A DNA stretch of 24,000 nucleotides from Mycoplasma sp. SG1. GTDB taxonomy: Bacteria; Bacillota_I; Bacilli_A; Mycoplasmatales; SG1. The notes under the pieces were generated by a model, which searched no databases, was not told the DNA's origin, and saw nothing but the letters and a program-made list of their open reading frames with translations. Numbering within the stretch: position 1 is the first letter of the stretch; every line of letters starts with the position of its first letter. Both the position numbers and the translations under genes were made by a program. Positions 7,759 through 19,236 of the stretch are shown piece by piece. The stretch is from assembly GCF_023612375.1 (NCBI RefSeq), contig NZ_CP076852.1, forward strand, positions 517,475-541,474, given 5' to 3'.

Positions 7759-10506
7759 TTATTTTATAACTTTATGACAAGATTGACAAATTTCACCGAC
7801 CATTTCTGATGCTTTAAAATATTTTCAACAACGAAGACATTTTATTTTTTGACTATTTTTAATGTAAAAATAACAATTTGAAACATTTATGAATTTATCA
7901 TTTAAATCTGCTTCAGATTTAAAAAATATTTCTCTTACAGTTAAAATTTGTGAAAGATTATCAATTGATTGAATTTGATTAAATTTTTGATCTTTAAAAA
8001 TTACTTCAATTTCAGCTTCTTGTCAAACTTTAATAATTTGATTATTTTTAGCTTCTTCTAAAGCTTTATTTAATTCTTTTTTGAAAAGAATAAAATTGTC
8101 TCATTTTTGTTCATTAATAGAAACTTGAGGTAGTCTTAAATTAGCAAAAGTTTCTAAGAAAATAGTTTCTTTTTTATCTTCTTTTTGAAAGACTTGATAA
8201 AACTCTTCTGCTGTTAATGATAAGATTGGGGCAAGAAAAAGTAAAAAATGATCAAGAATATAGAAAAAGACAGTTTGAATTTGTCTTCGTCTTAAAGAAT
8301 CTTTGTTTTCAATATAAATAATATCTTTAGCAAAATTTAAATAAAAAGCGCTTAAAGTGGTTGAAAGAAAATTTTTTAACAATTTTAGATTTGAATTAAA
8401 AGCAAAATTTTGCATATTTGTTTGATAAAGATCTTTTAAATTTTTTAAATTAAATAAGATATATGTATCTACTTCTTCAAACTCAGTAACTAAATCACTT
8501 TTATAATCAAAATCAACTAAATTTGTAATTAAAAAACGAAGTGTATTTCTGATTTTTTGATAATCATTTTTAATAACTTTAGTTATTTCATCTCCTAAAC
8601 GAATATCAACTAAAAAATCAACTGATGCTGATCATAATCTTAATATATCAACACCGTTTTCTTTTAAGAAAGTTTCAGGAGCGATAATATTTTTTAGCGA
8701 CTTAGACATTTTATGCCCTTTGCTGTCTAAAACAAACCCATGTGATAAAATATTTTTAAAATTTATTTGCGTTTTAGAGTTAGTTTTATTTCAGATTGTA
8801 GAAGTAATTAAAGAGGAATTAAATCACCCTCTAAACTGATCATTTCCTTCAAGAATTAAATCAATATCAAGATTAGTTTTTGAATTAAGACTAAATAATA
8901 AAAAAAGAAAAGCAATTCCTGAATCAAATCAAACATCAAGAATATCTGTTTCTTTTTCAAGATCTTTATATTTAACTTTAAGTTGCTTTAAAGTTTTTGA
9001 ACTTAAAATATCTTCTATTTTGTTATTAAATCAAAATAATATCCCTTTTTCTTTGATAACTTCGATAATTTCACTAATAACATCTAAATCTAAAATTGCT
9101 TGTGTTTTATTTTTAGTAAACAAAATTGGAATCGGAAGGCCTCATTTTCTTTGTCTTGAAATACATCATGATTGTCTTTCTTTAATCATGTTTAATAACT
9201 TATTTTGACCTAATGGCGCAAAAAAATTAATTTTTTTAATTGTATCAAGAATCTGATCTTTAACCTTATTGATATCAATAAACCATTGTTCTTTAACTAA
9301 ATAAACAACCGGTTTTTTAGTTCTTCAATCGTGCGGATATGAATGATTAATCGTTTTAGATAAAAATAAAGTTTTGTTTGTTTCAAGGTGCTTTAAAATT
9401 TCTAAACTTGCTTTTTCATAAAATAAAGCATGAAAATGACTGTCAGGATAATGAATAAAACCGTGATCATCAATAACTGAAAAAATGTTCAATTTATGTT
9501 TTTTTGCTAATGAATAATCATCTTCACCATGTCCTGGAGCAATATGAACAATCCCTGTTCCTTCGTTTTCAACAACATGATGACTTAAATAAACTTTATA
9601 AATTTTCCTATCTATAGGATGATGATAAGAAAAAGTTAAGATATCTTTAATTGCGATATCTTTAATAATTTTTGTTTGATAAGATTGAAAAAGAGGATTT
9701 GAAGTAATTAAATTTTTATTAATAATAAAATAACCAAACTTATCATCTTTAACAAGACAATACTTAATTTTGTCATTAACAGCTAACCCTTGATTTCCTA
9801 ACAAAGATCAAGGGGTTGTTGTTCAAACAAGAAATGAAACTGCTTCATTTTTAAATCGAAAATTACTAATCTTAACTAAGAAAAAAAGCGAATGAGATGG
9901 TTTATTCAAATATTCAACTTCAGCATCCGATAAAACCGTTTTTGAAGATCAAGATCAATAAATTGGTCTTAGATCACGATATATTAATTTTTGTTGAACT
10001 AAAATTTTAAAAAAATCTAATTCATAAGAAATGTATTTTTGATCTATAGTTTGATAATATTTACTAAAATCGCTTAATAAACCAAGCTTTAAAAACTGTT
10101 CTTTTTGATTTTGAATTTGTTTTTCAACATAGCAATACGATGATGAAAAAAATTGTTCTAAAGAAAATGTTTCGCTTTTTAAATTATCTTTAACCTTTTG
10201 TTCAATTGGTAAACCATGACAATCCCAACCTGGTAGATAATTTATTTTTTTGTTATTTAATAACTGATAACGAAGAATAATATCTTTAAGAACTTTATTT
10301 AGCGCGTGACCAATGTGAATATCACCGTTTGCATAAGGTGGTCCATCAAGTAATGTATACTCTTTTCGCGAAGTAGTTTTTGATTTTAATAATTCTTGAA
10401 AATTGATTTTTTGATAATATTGAGCAATTCTTGCTTCAAGTTCAACTAATTTCGCTTTCTGATTGACAGGGGATGTAAAAATATTTAAGGTTTTAAAATA
10501 ATCCAT
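7759..10506 (-). CDS. ileS: Isoleucine--tRNA ligase
   Basis: ATG at 10506, TAA at 7761..7759, 915 aa. All four track fragments share one frame, and I scanned the gaps for TAA/TAG and found none. HIGH motif ([16 protein letters not shown]). KMSKS motif (HKMSKS near 8701..8718). C-terminal zinc-finger cysteines (CLRC..., CQSC). Confidence 0.95.
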
Positions 10507-10614
10507 CGAATTTAATCTAGAAAATTTAATGTATTTATAGTGCTTTATAAATTATAGATTAATACATAAGAAAAATATATAAAAATCATTTATAAAAGAA
10601 ACCAAAAACCTTAT

Positions 10615-10860
10615 TTATTTTTTTGGAAGTTTCTTAAGAAGGTCGTGATTTAGAAGTTTGGTTTCAATGCAATAATCAATGATTTTATTGACTTCATTTT
10701 GAATTTCATTGCTATTGATTAAAAGATCAATTCTTGTTAATTTTTTTAACTTTTCTTCTAGTTTAGAAATTTCTTCTTTTAAAATTTTTAGTTGATAATT
10801 ATGTTCAATAATTTTTTCTTCTAACTTGTTAAGCGCTGCTTTATTAGAAAAAATACCCAT
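10615..10860 (-). CDS. 81-aa coiled-coil protein of unknown function, translationally coupled to sepF
   Basis: ATG at 10860 lies 1 nt after the sepF stop; real TAA at 10617..10615. Heptad-like LNKLEEKIIEHNYQLKILKEEISKLEEKLKKL. Confidence 0.6.
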   Translation of the reverse strand: MGIFSNKAALNKLEEKIIEHNYQLKILKEEISKLEEKLKKLTRIDLLINSNEIQNEVNKIIDYCIETKLLNHDLLKKLPKK

Positions 10861-10861
10861 G

Positions 10862-11233
10862 TTAGTATTCTTTATCGCCTAAATATTGCGTATAACCAAT
10901 ATTGTTTGGTGAAAGAAGAAAAATTCCGCTTTCAATTTTGTTGATTTGTCCATCAAGTGAATAGATAATTCCGCTTAAAAAATTAATGATTTTAATGTAG
11001 TTAACATCTTTTTTATCAAAACGTGATAAATTGATAATAACACTTTTTTTATTTTTTAAGTTATCAGCTACTACGACAACATCATCAAAGCATCTTAATT
11101 CAAATGAAGATATTTGATGTTTAGATTTTTTTGAAAAAATTTTAAAACTGTTGTCGTGGGCACTTGATTTAGATCATGCTGTTTCTAGTGGTGTAAAAAT
11201 TGATTGATCATACTTCTTGTTAAAGATAGCCAT
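10862..11233 (-). CDS. sepF: Cell division protein SepF
   Basis: ATG at 11233, TAA at 10864..10862, 123 aa with one TGA-Trp, so it is absent from the track. Core FELRCFDDVVVVADNLKNKKSVIINLSRFDKKDVNYIKIINFLSGIIYSLDGQINKIESGIFLLSP matches the SepF/DUF552 pattern. Located directly after ftsZ. Confidence 0.8.
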
Positions 11234-11261
11234 ATTAACTCCTTGAAATTTTTAATTTTAT

Positions 11262-12515
11262 TTATCTTCTTAAAAATGATGGAATGTCATCATCTGCATC
11301 ATCAGATTCTACATCGTGATTATCTTGAGCATCAAATTGTGGTTCTTGTTTTGAATAAACATTCATTGGTCTTGTTCAATTTTGGTTTTGTTGTTGACTT
11401 GAACGAGATGCTCATGGACTTTGTTGTGGTTTGTATGAAGATTTATTGAATTGTTTTTTATTACGTGGTGAATTGATTAACTCTTTTCTTTTTTGTCTTT
11501 CTGCATAAATGTTATCATAGTTAGGATAAATAATTGCTGATTCATCAAAACCAGTAGCAATAACAGTCACAATTACTTCATCTTCTAAAGCATCATTAAC
11601 AGCGACCCCAAAGATAATATTTACATCATTTGAAGCAGTGTTTTTAATAATGTCAACCGCATCATTAGCATCAAATAAAGTCATCCCTTGACCGCCTGTA
11701 ATATTAACAATTGCATCTTTAGCTCCAACGATAGAAGCTTCTAAAAGAGGTGATGCAATCGCTTTTTTAGCGGCTTCTTCAGCTTTATTTTCGCCTTTAG
11801 CAGCTCCAATTCCAATTAAAGCATACCCTTTTTGTTCCATAGTTGCTTTTACATCAGCAAAGTCAAGATTAATTAAAGAAGGAACAGCAATTAAATCAGT
11901 AATTGTTTGAACCCCTTGTCTTAAGATTTTATCTGCTTCTTGAAAAGCTTCTTTTAGTGGTATAGTTCCGATAACTTCAAGTAATTTATCATTTGAAATT
12001 ACGATTAATGAATCAACATATGATTTTAATTCTCCAAGACCAAGTTCTGCATTATCAAATCTTGTTTTACCTTCAAAAGTAAATGGTTTGGTAACAATTC
12101 CAATTGTTAATGCTCCTGTATCTTTTGCTAATCTTGCAACTGTTGGCGCAGCACCTGTTCCAGTACCTCCACCCATTCCAGCAGCAATGAAAACCATATC
12201 TGCTCCTTTAACAGCTTTTTTAATTTCATCTTCTGATTCAATTGAAGCTTCACGTCCTTTTTCTGGATTTGCTCCTGCTCCAAGACCTTTTGTTACGTCT
12301 TTCCCAAGGACAATTCGATTACGAGCTTTTGAGGCTGAAATTACTTGTGAATCTGTGTTAACAACTCAAAACTCTACTCCTTGTACCCCTTCTTCGATCA
12401 TACGGTTAACAGCATTACAACCGCCGCCGCCTACTCCGAAGACTTTAATTGTAGCAACGCTTTCAAACGGATCGTATTGAATTACTTTGCTATCTATTTT
12501 ATTATCTGTTTTCAT
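11262..12515 (-). CDS. ftsZ: Cell division protein FtsZ
   Basis: ATG at 12515, TAA at 11264..11262, 417 aa. [16 protein letters not shown] and the tubulin signature [14 protein letters not shown]. After TGA read-through the C-terminus ends [10 protein letters not shown], the conserved FtsZ C-terminal peptide. Confidence 0.97.
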
Positions 12516-12535
12516 GGTTTTTTGTTTTTTTTAAT

Positions 12536-13816
12536 TTAATTCTTTCTTAATAATTGTTGAAATTTGTTGTTTTTTTGACTTAGTTTTAATATTTTTAGGT
12601 TTAAAGTGTTAAAAATTCGTTCTTTTAGTGATTTATGTTTTAGTGAATTAATTTTATGATCGCTGACATAATTTACCATATTTTGATATATACCAATCCC
12701 AACCACATTACAGTAAATAGGATTTTTTACACCAATATAAGTAGATTTATAAATTTTGTAATTAGTAAAATAATTTTCTTTTTCAAAAAAGCAATCTAAG
12801 CCTTTAATAGCACTTCCGCCCCCTGTAATAATGATTTTAAATTTATCACTATCACCATGTGTTAATTCTCTGATTAATTCTGTAATTTTATAGAAAATTT
12901 CTTTAGTTCTTCAATAAACTATTTCTTGCAATTTATCTTCATCAATTAATGGTTGTCCATCGGTTGAATATAAAACTTTGAAATCATTGTTCAAAAGAAA
13001 ACTATCTTTATCTTTATTGATATTTAAATAGCCAGCTTTTAAATCAGCATAACGAAGTTTTAATAATTCAATGTTTTTGTCACCAACGTCTTTTATTAAA
13101 TATTTGATATCTTTATTAATTGAATTTGCACCCATTTTAAGAACGCGATAATCAACTAATAAGTTTTGGTGAAATAAAGATATTTTAACAGACTCTGCTC
13201 CAAAATCTACGATTACACATCCATCTTTTAAATAAGTTTTGTTGGCTACTTCATAAGCGGTTGCGTATGCTTCTAAACAAAAATTTGAAACCGAAATTTT
13301 TGCTTTTTTAAAGATCTCAAGTAAACGATAATATGTTTTAAAATTACCTAAGTATACAAGAGAATTTAAATATAGTTTTTGGATTTTTTTACCAATTGGT
13401 GGGATCAGGGTTCTATGATGGTCATATTCATAACTTTCTGGAATCAAAGTCAAAAGGACATTATCATTTAAACCGTTTAGTTCCTGAGAATATCCAATTA
13501 ACTTCGCTACATCTTCAACTTCTAAAGTCTTGTTAATCAATATTCCACGTTTGCTCTGCTTTATTTTACAGTTAATCATTGGGAAGTTTAAAATTACATT
13601 ATCAACAGTATAGTCTAAAGTTTTTTCGCAATTTTTTACTGCATATTTAATAATCTCAACCAATAATTCATCATTGCAAATCTCGCCATTAACATTCATA
13701 ACTTTTGCTCTTTTATAGTATGTTAAGATTGGATCTACATGATTTTGAGAAATTTTTATTACAGCAAATTTAACACCGCTAGTTGAAATGTCAAATGTTG
13801 CATACATTTTATTCAT
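12536..13816 (-). CDS. ftsA: FtsA-like actin-fold cell division protein
   Basis: ATG at 13816, TAA at 12538..12536, 426 aa. Actin-fold motifs: FDISTSGVKFAV (phosphate 1), VDFGAESVKISLF (phosphate 2), IIITGGGSAIKGL (adenosine). Sits between rsmH and ftsZ. Confidence 0.8.
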
Positions 13817-13843
13817 AAATTCTCCTTTTTAATTCCTTCATTT

Positions 13844-14800
13844 TTATTTTAGTTTTTGAAAAGTTCATAACTTAGCTGAACTTGCTCTTTTGTTGGTGAT
13901 CACCTCGCTAAGAGATGGTAAAATTGGTTTTTTGTTAATAAGTTTATAACATTCAACTTCTTGATCTATAACTGGTAATTTATATAACTTTGGATTAGGT
14001 TTAAAAGCTTTAAAAAAGTTTTTTAAAACCCTTTCTTCCAATGAATGAAAAGTAATGACAATTAAAAGTCCTTTGTTTTTTAATAATTCTCAAATTCCTT
14101 TCAATCCATCTGAAAAGACATCTAATTCTTTATTAACTTCAAGTCTTATCGCTTGAAATAGCAACTTTACATACTTTTTAATTTGGACTTCAGAACCAAA
14201 AACAGTTTTTCGAACAATTTCAGTTAATTGTTCTGAACGAGTTATTCCCTCTGCTTTACGATAATGAATTATCTTATTCGCTAGTTTTGAACTAAAAAGG
14301 CCCAAACCATATTTTTTGAAAATTCCAATTAATCTTTCGTTTGAATATCTATTTAAAATATATTGAGCATTAACTTTGCTAGTAGTGTCCATTCTCATGT
14401 CTAACAAACAGTTTTGGTTGTAAGAAAAACCGCGCTTTAAATCATCAATTTGTAAACTTGAAACCCCTAAATCAAAAAAAGCAACATCAATTTTAAAAAT
14501 ACCCTGTCCTAATAAATAACTTTTGACATCAACATATGATTTGTTAATTAATTTAAAATTTGAAAATGGTAAATTAATTAAGTTCTCTGTGCAAACATCA
14601 ATTGCTTCTTTATCAAGGTCAAAACCAAAAAGAAATCCTTGATCATTAAGCTTTTCTAAAATTAATTTAGCGTGCCCTCCCAAACCTACTGTACAATCAA
14701 CAATTATTGGATCTTTATCAACTAAATTTTGGTTGAATAAAATATCCATAACTTCGTTTGTTAAAACTGGTACATGTCTTTTGTAATTGATTTGATTCAT
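13844..14800 (-). CDS. rsmH: 16S rRNA (cytosine1402-N4)-methyltransferase RsmH (MraW)
   Basis: ATG at 14800 overlaps the mraZ stop (TAATG). TAA at 13846..13844, 318 aa. HVPVL, VDCTVGLGGH, FDLGVSSLQIDD, and after a TGA ITFHSLEERV are typical RsmH motifs. Confidence 0.93.
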
Positions 14801-15291
14801 TAAAGATTTATTTTTTCTTCAATACTTTCAGCGTTTGATATTTCTTGTTTTTGAAGTTCAAGAAATTTAGATTTTTTAAATAACTGAATATAACTCCCCA
14901 TTCCGACAAAAACAAGATCTTTTTCAACGTCTAGTTCTAAACTTTTAAAAAAATTGTCGCTTAGAAGTAAACGATGTCTTTTGTCTAATGTCGCTTTTTC
15001 AATACTTCCGAAAAATGAACGTTTATATATTCTATTATTTTGAACATTTTCTGGTAGATCTGAAATTTGTTCACTTAATTCTTTGTATTTAATTTCTGGA
15101 AAAATATCAATACATTTATCAGAAGTTGCCCGAACTTTTAGAAAAAGGTTAATTTCTCTAGGTCCGTATATATGTGTTAAAGATTCATAGATTTTTTTTG
15201 GTAAATTAAATCTGTTCCGTTCATCTAAAACGCCATAATATGTTCCTGTTAAGTAAATTTTGTGATCTGACTCCTTTAAATTTATGCTCAT
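14800..15291 (-). CDS. mraZ: Transcriptional regulator MraZ
   Basis: 163 aa with two SpoVT/AbrB-like halves carrying the D-x-x-x-R motif (LDERNRFNLPKK and LDKRHRLLLSDNF). First gene of the dcw cluster. Confidence 0.9.
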   Translation of the reverse strand: MSINLKESDHKIYLTGTYYGVLDERNRFNLPKKIYESLTHIYGPREINLFLKVRATSDKCIDIFPEIKYKELSEQISDLPENVQNNRIYKRSFFGSIEKATLDKRHRLLLSDNFFKSLELDVEKDLVFVGMGSYIQLFKKSKFLELQKQEISNAESIEEKINL

Positions 15292-15342
15292 ATTAAATAT
15301 TTTAATTACCTAATGGTTTTTTGGAGCAATTTATTTCTATTT

Positions 15343-15369
15343 TGCCCATTTTTACCCATTAAGTACTTT
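15343..15369 (-). promoter_or_regulatory. Candidate MraZ operator: 7-mer boxes at 10-bp phasing upstream of mraZ
   Basis: The minus strand reads AAAGTAC-tta-ATGGGTA-aaa-ATGGGCA-aaa, 52-78 nt upstream of the mraZ ATG. TGGGN repeats at a 10-bp period are the known E. coli MraZ site. AAAGTG-like boxes with 3-nt spacers are reported for Mycoplasma gallisepticum. Confidence 0.5.
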
Positions 15370-15508
15370 AATTATTTTGAAAAACACATACAAAAAAATA
15401 AAAACTATAAAAAAAAGATAATAAATAAAAAAAAATTAATTAAAATAGTAGATAAATAGTAGATATTTTTTTCTAATAATTCATAATCCTAATAGACATA
15501 AAAAAAAT

Positions 15509-15535
15509 AAGCCCTATTTTTATAAAATAGGGCTT
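15509..15535 (-). terminator. Rho-independent terminator downstream of rpmF
   Basis: 12-bp perfect stem (aagccctatttt / aaaatagggctt) with a 3-nt loop. On the minus strand it is followed by TTATTTTTTTT. Confidence 0.8.
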
Positions 15536-15565
15536 GATATAAAAGTTAAGTAAAAATATTAAATT

Positions 15566-15760
15566 TTATTTTTTACTAGAAGTTTTATTTTGAATATTAA
15601 CTTTTTTGTTTTTGTAAAAACCACACTCTTGACAAACATAGTGAGTACGATGTAGCGCTCCACAGTTTTTACAAACTGCTATTGTTGGAGCTGTTAAGTG
15701 ATCGTGGGATCTTCTAAATCCTTTTCTGGTTTTTGAGGTTTTTCTAAATGGTACGGCCAT
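15566..15760 (-). CDS. rpmF: 50S ribosomal protein L32
   Basis: MAVPFRKTSKTRKGFRRSH... with the CxxC...CxxC zinc ribbon (CKNCG, CQECG). 64 aa. Confidence 0.95.
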   Translation of the reverse strand: MAVPFRKTSKTRKGFRRSHDHLTAPTIAVCKNCGALHRTHYVCQECGFYKNKKVNIQNKTSSKK

Positions 15761-15830
15761 AAAATAAATTTTTAAAAATAATTAAAAAATAACTAGATAA
15801 TTATATAACATTTAAAAAAAAGAATAAAAT

Positions 15831-17444
15831 TTATTCTTTTAATATTTCAACATCATTATTTTTTTCAATTTTGGCAATTGATGGTATTTCTTGTTCATCT
15901 TCATGATTATAATCATCGTTGTGAAAATGTTTAATTTTTCTTGAATGTTTTAACAATTTTTCCATCGTTAAATTTCGAACATTAAAATAAAAGTCAATCA
16001 TTACTACCAAAGCTAAAATAAAGTCAGTTGTTGGAAGGGAAAGAAAAATAAATAATTGATCTTTATCTCGAAAGATAAAGTAATAGATTAAAGAAACAGG
16101 TACATATAAAATAATAAAACGAAGAAAAGTAATAAAAATAGCTTTTTTGTAACGAAGGGTTGATTGATAATAAGAAATTGGAATAAAACTACATGAAATT
16201 AATGGGAAAAAAATAAAGGTATATCTTAATGCCTTCGTTGCATAATTAAAGACTACATCATTAGGATCAACAAAAATAGTTACTAAATAAGGAGCGAGTG
16301 CTAAAACCAAAATTTCAACAACAATTAAATAAACAAACATCATCGCAAACGAGATTGAAATTGATTTTTTAATTCTATCAAGATATTTTCTAGCTAAATT
16401 ATGTGATGTAAACATATTCATTCCTTGCAAGAATCCGAAAATAGAAATGGTGAAGAAAGTTAAAAATGGAGTTACAGCCCCAAAAATCGAAACAAGACTA
16501 TGATCAGGGAGTTTCGATCCCGCAATATTTTGCGACATATGCGATAAAATAATGTTAAAAATATAATACGCTACCCCTTGTAAAGAATTTCTAAACAATG
16601 ATGGAAGCCCAAAAATAATCAAAGTAATAATAATACTTTTTGAAATTTTTCAATGTCTGAAATTTATAGCATCGAAAAAAACTCATAAATCTTTTACAAT
16701 CGCACAATAAATTAAGGAAATAAAAAATTGCACAACTCAACATATTGCAGTCGCTATGATTGTTCCTAAAACCCCAGAATGAAAGACTTTTACAAATAAG
16801 ACATCTAAACCGATGTTCAGCAATGAACAGATTAAAGTTATAGACATAGAAACCATCATAAAACCTTTTGTTCTGATAGTTCAAATGATGATATTAGAAA
16901 CATAATAGAAAAAAATGCCAAATGTTCAAGTTCAACAAATTCATTTCGAAATACTTGCAAGTTCTAAATCTTTCGGATCAGATCCATTAATTTGTAATTG
17001 AATAAAAATCTTACTAAAGGATAAAGCAAAAATTAAGAAAAAGATAATAATAATTAAATTGATGAATAAACTATTACCCAAAGTTGAAACAGCATTTTTA
17101 CGATCTTTTCTACCAAAATGAAATGATAATGAATTAGAAAGACCCCCCGATGAAATAGCCAATCCTGCTACAATTAATGTATAGTATGGAAGACAAACTT
17201 GAATAATTGTTCGAATATCAGAAGAAGTTAAATCAAATCCATAACCACCTGCACCTCATTGTTTTCCAGGACCCAATTTAATAGCAATTATCTGATCAAT
17301 AATGGTATACAAACTGTATATCGCCATTGAAATAGATGCTGGGATAACTATTTTCAGAAGAGAAACTAAAACGGATTTATGAAAAAAAATATCTTCTGAG
17401 TTAGTTTTTTTTCTATATTTTAATTTATTTAAGCATTTAAACAT
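15831..17444 (-). CDS. MATE/MOP-superfamily (MatE-like) polytopic membrane transporter, copy 1
   Basis: Fragments 17256..17444, 16941..17162 and 15831..16622 are in one frame. I scanned the gaps and they hold only TGA. 537 aa, multi-TM. The N-terminus LLKIVIPASISMAIYSLYTIIDQIIAIKLG resembles the MATE N-terminal signature. Hydrophilic acidic C-terminal tail. Confidence 0.7.
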
Positions 17445-17659
17445 CGTAATCCTAACTCAAAATGATAAAAATTTAATTTTATCGATTAAATTTTAGGTTT
17501 AAATTTTATTTTAGTAATACATAAAAGTTTATAAACCATTTACATTTTATCGATCAATTAATGATATGAATCGTAAATGAAATATAAACTTTATAGTATA
17601 AATACAAGAATTATTATATTAAAAAATATTTTTAAAAAACAAATAATGCGCTTTATTTA

Positions 17660-19180
17660 TTAGTTTTCAATATCATCGTTTGGATGATGAAAAATAATAG
17701 ATTTTGTAACATTAACACTATCACTGATATTAATTTTATCAAAGATATTCATAAGTTTGTTAACTTGAAATTGACTAACATCAAAATAAAAAGGAACGAT
17801 ATAACAAAGAATAAAAATTAAATCACAGATTGATAATGATAAGAAAATAAATTTTAAAGACATAGATCCTGTAAATTGATTAACAACAAGTAAAAAAATT
17901 AACGAAATAACTAAAAAAATCATACAACGAACCGTGATTGTTCAAATTGATTTTATATAAAGAAAAATTGATTCATAGAATGAACTTATCAAGATCGTAA
18001 GACCAAACAACGGTAGTAAACAAAAAGAATAAATCAAAATACTTTGTGCATCATGTAAAGATTGATGATAATTACTTAAATTTGTATCTAAATAAATTGA
18101 TACAAAAAAATCAGAAAATCCAAGTAAAAAGGCTTCTATGATTAACGCTGAAATGATAATAAAAACGATTGATAACTTAGCAGCGTCCCTTACTCTTTTG
18201 CTTTTATTTCTGCCAATGTTTTGAATAATAAAAATATTAACCCCTTGCACAAAACCTGAAATATATCCCATGATCACAAACATGTAGGAAGAAACAATAC
18301 TAAATAAACTAATTCAATAAAGATTGGTATAAACGACAGTATGAGATATTGCTAAAATAATGTTGAAAAAAAATAAACAAGCCCCTAATCAAACATTTCT
18401 AATCAGCGATGAAATACCATATAAAAATGAATTTCATGACAGATTGTGATCTATTTTTAAATTATTGTTTAAAAAAGAACGACTTATATCATTTGTTTTA
18501 AGAAAGAAAAGAACTAAAATTGTTAAATAAAATTGAAAAATAATAGCAATCGCTGTTGCTATAGCTGTTCCAAAAAGGCCATACTTATAAACAATTAAAA
18601 AAACCAAATCTAAAGCTATGTTAATTGCAAAAGATACTGCTGGAACAAGTGAAGTTAAAATATTTCAGCCCCTAATTTTTAAAACAACTAAAAAAATATT
18701 GCTAAAAAACTGCAGAAAAGAAGTAATCGCTAAAAGTCATGCCATATATTTAGCAAGACCCAAAAGGACGGGATTAGTCAACCCTTGCATCTTTAAAAAA
18801 ATATTCATAAAACTGAAACTGAAAATAACATACCCAACCCAAATCATAAAATGGACCGTTATGCTATTACCAAGGTTTTTATAAGCTTTGCTTTTTTCGC
18901 CTTTTGATAAAGAAAGACCAAAACTGTTAGATAACGAAGTTGCTCCAGCGAATAAAATTGAAGTAATAAATAAATACAATGGGGTTAAAACTTGAATAAT
19001 ACCCCTTATTTCTTCTCCTGATAAGTTATAACCACTAATAATCAGTTGATGCTTACCGGTTCCGAATTTAATCGCTAAAATTTCATCAATAATCCCAAAT
19101 GCAGCAGCTAAAAAAGCAGATAATGCTGTGGGAAGAGAAACTCTTATTATTGATGATGCTACAGATTTTGTATGATACAC
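17660..19180 (-). CDS. MATE/MOP-superfamily polytopic membrane transporter, copy 2 (paralogue of copy 1). Start codon uncertain.
   Basis: Fragments 18737..19180, 17942..18283 and 17660..17923 share a frame; the 18284..18736 gap was scanned and is free of TAA/TAG. N-terminus SIIRVSLPTALSAFLAAAFGIIDEILAIKFG parallels copy 1. There is no in-frame ATG between the pheT stop (19237) and this region. The nearest start is GTG at 19180; ATT/ATA codons lie further upstream. Confidence 0.65.
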
Positions 19181-19236
19181 GCTAATATTTTCTCAATCTT
19201 TATTATGATTGGGTTTTGGTGTTATTATAAAAATAA

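Noticed and set aside
10507-10614. Possible T-box leader upstream of ileS
   Set aside because: Only 108 nt are available, there is no GGGTGGTACCGCG-like T-box sequence, and there is no terminator/antiterminator pair.
12088-12480. 130-aa plus-strand ORF, and similar plus-strand ORFs at 2627..2818, 6401..6706, 6955..7146, 9020..9208, 11204..11449 and 18618..18884
   Set aside because: All lie antisense within well-supported minus-strand genes and give low-complexity or Pro/Ala-rich shadow translations with no motifs.
15820-15838. Palindrome aagaataaa/tttattctt at the MATE copy 1 stop codon as a terminator
   Set aside because: The arms are separated by a single nucleotide, so a stable hairpin loop cannot form as written. 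It is AT-only and weak.
16591-16884. 97-aa minus-strand ORF
   Set aside because: It is out of frame with, and entirely nested in, MATE copy 1, whose frame is continuous across this region.
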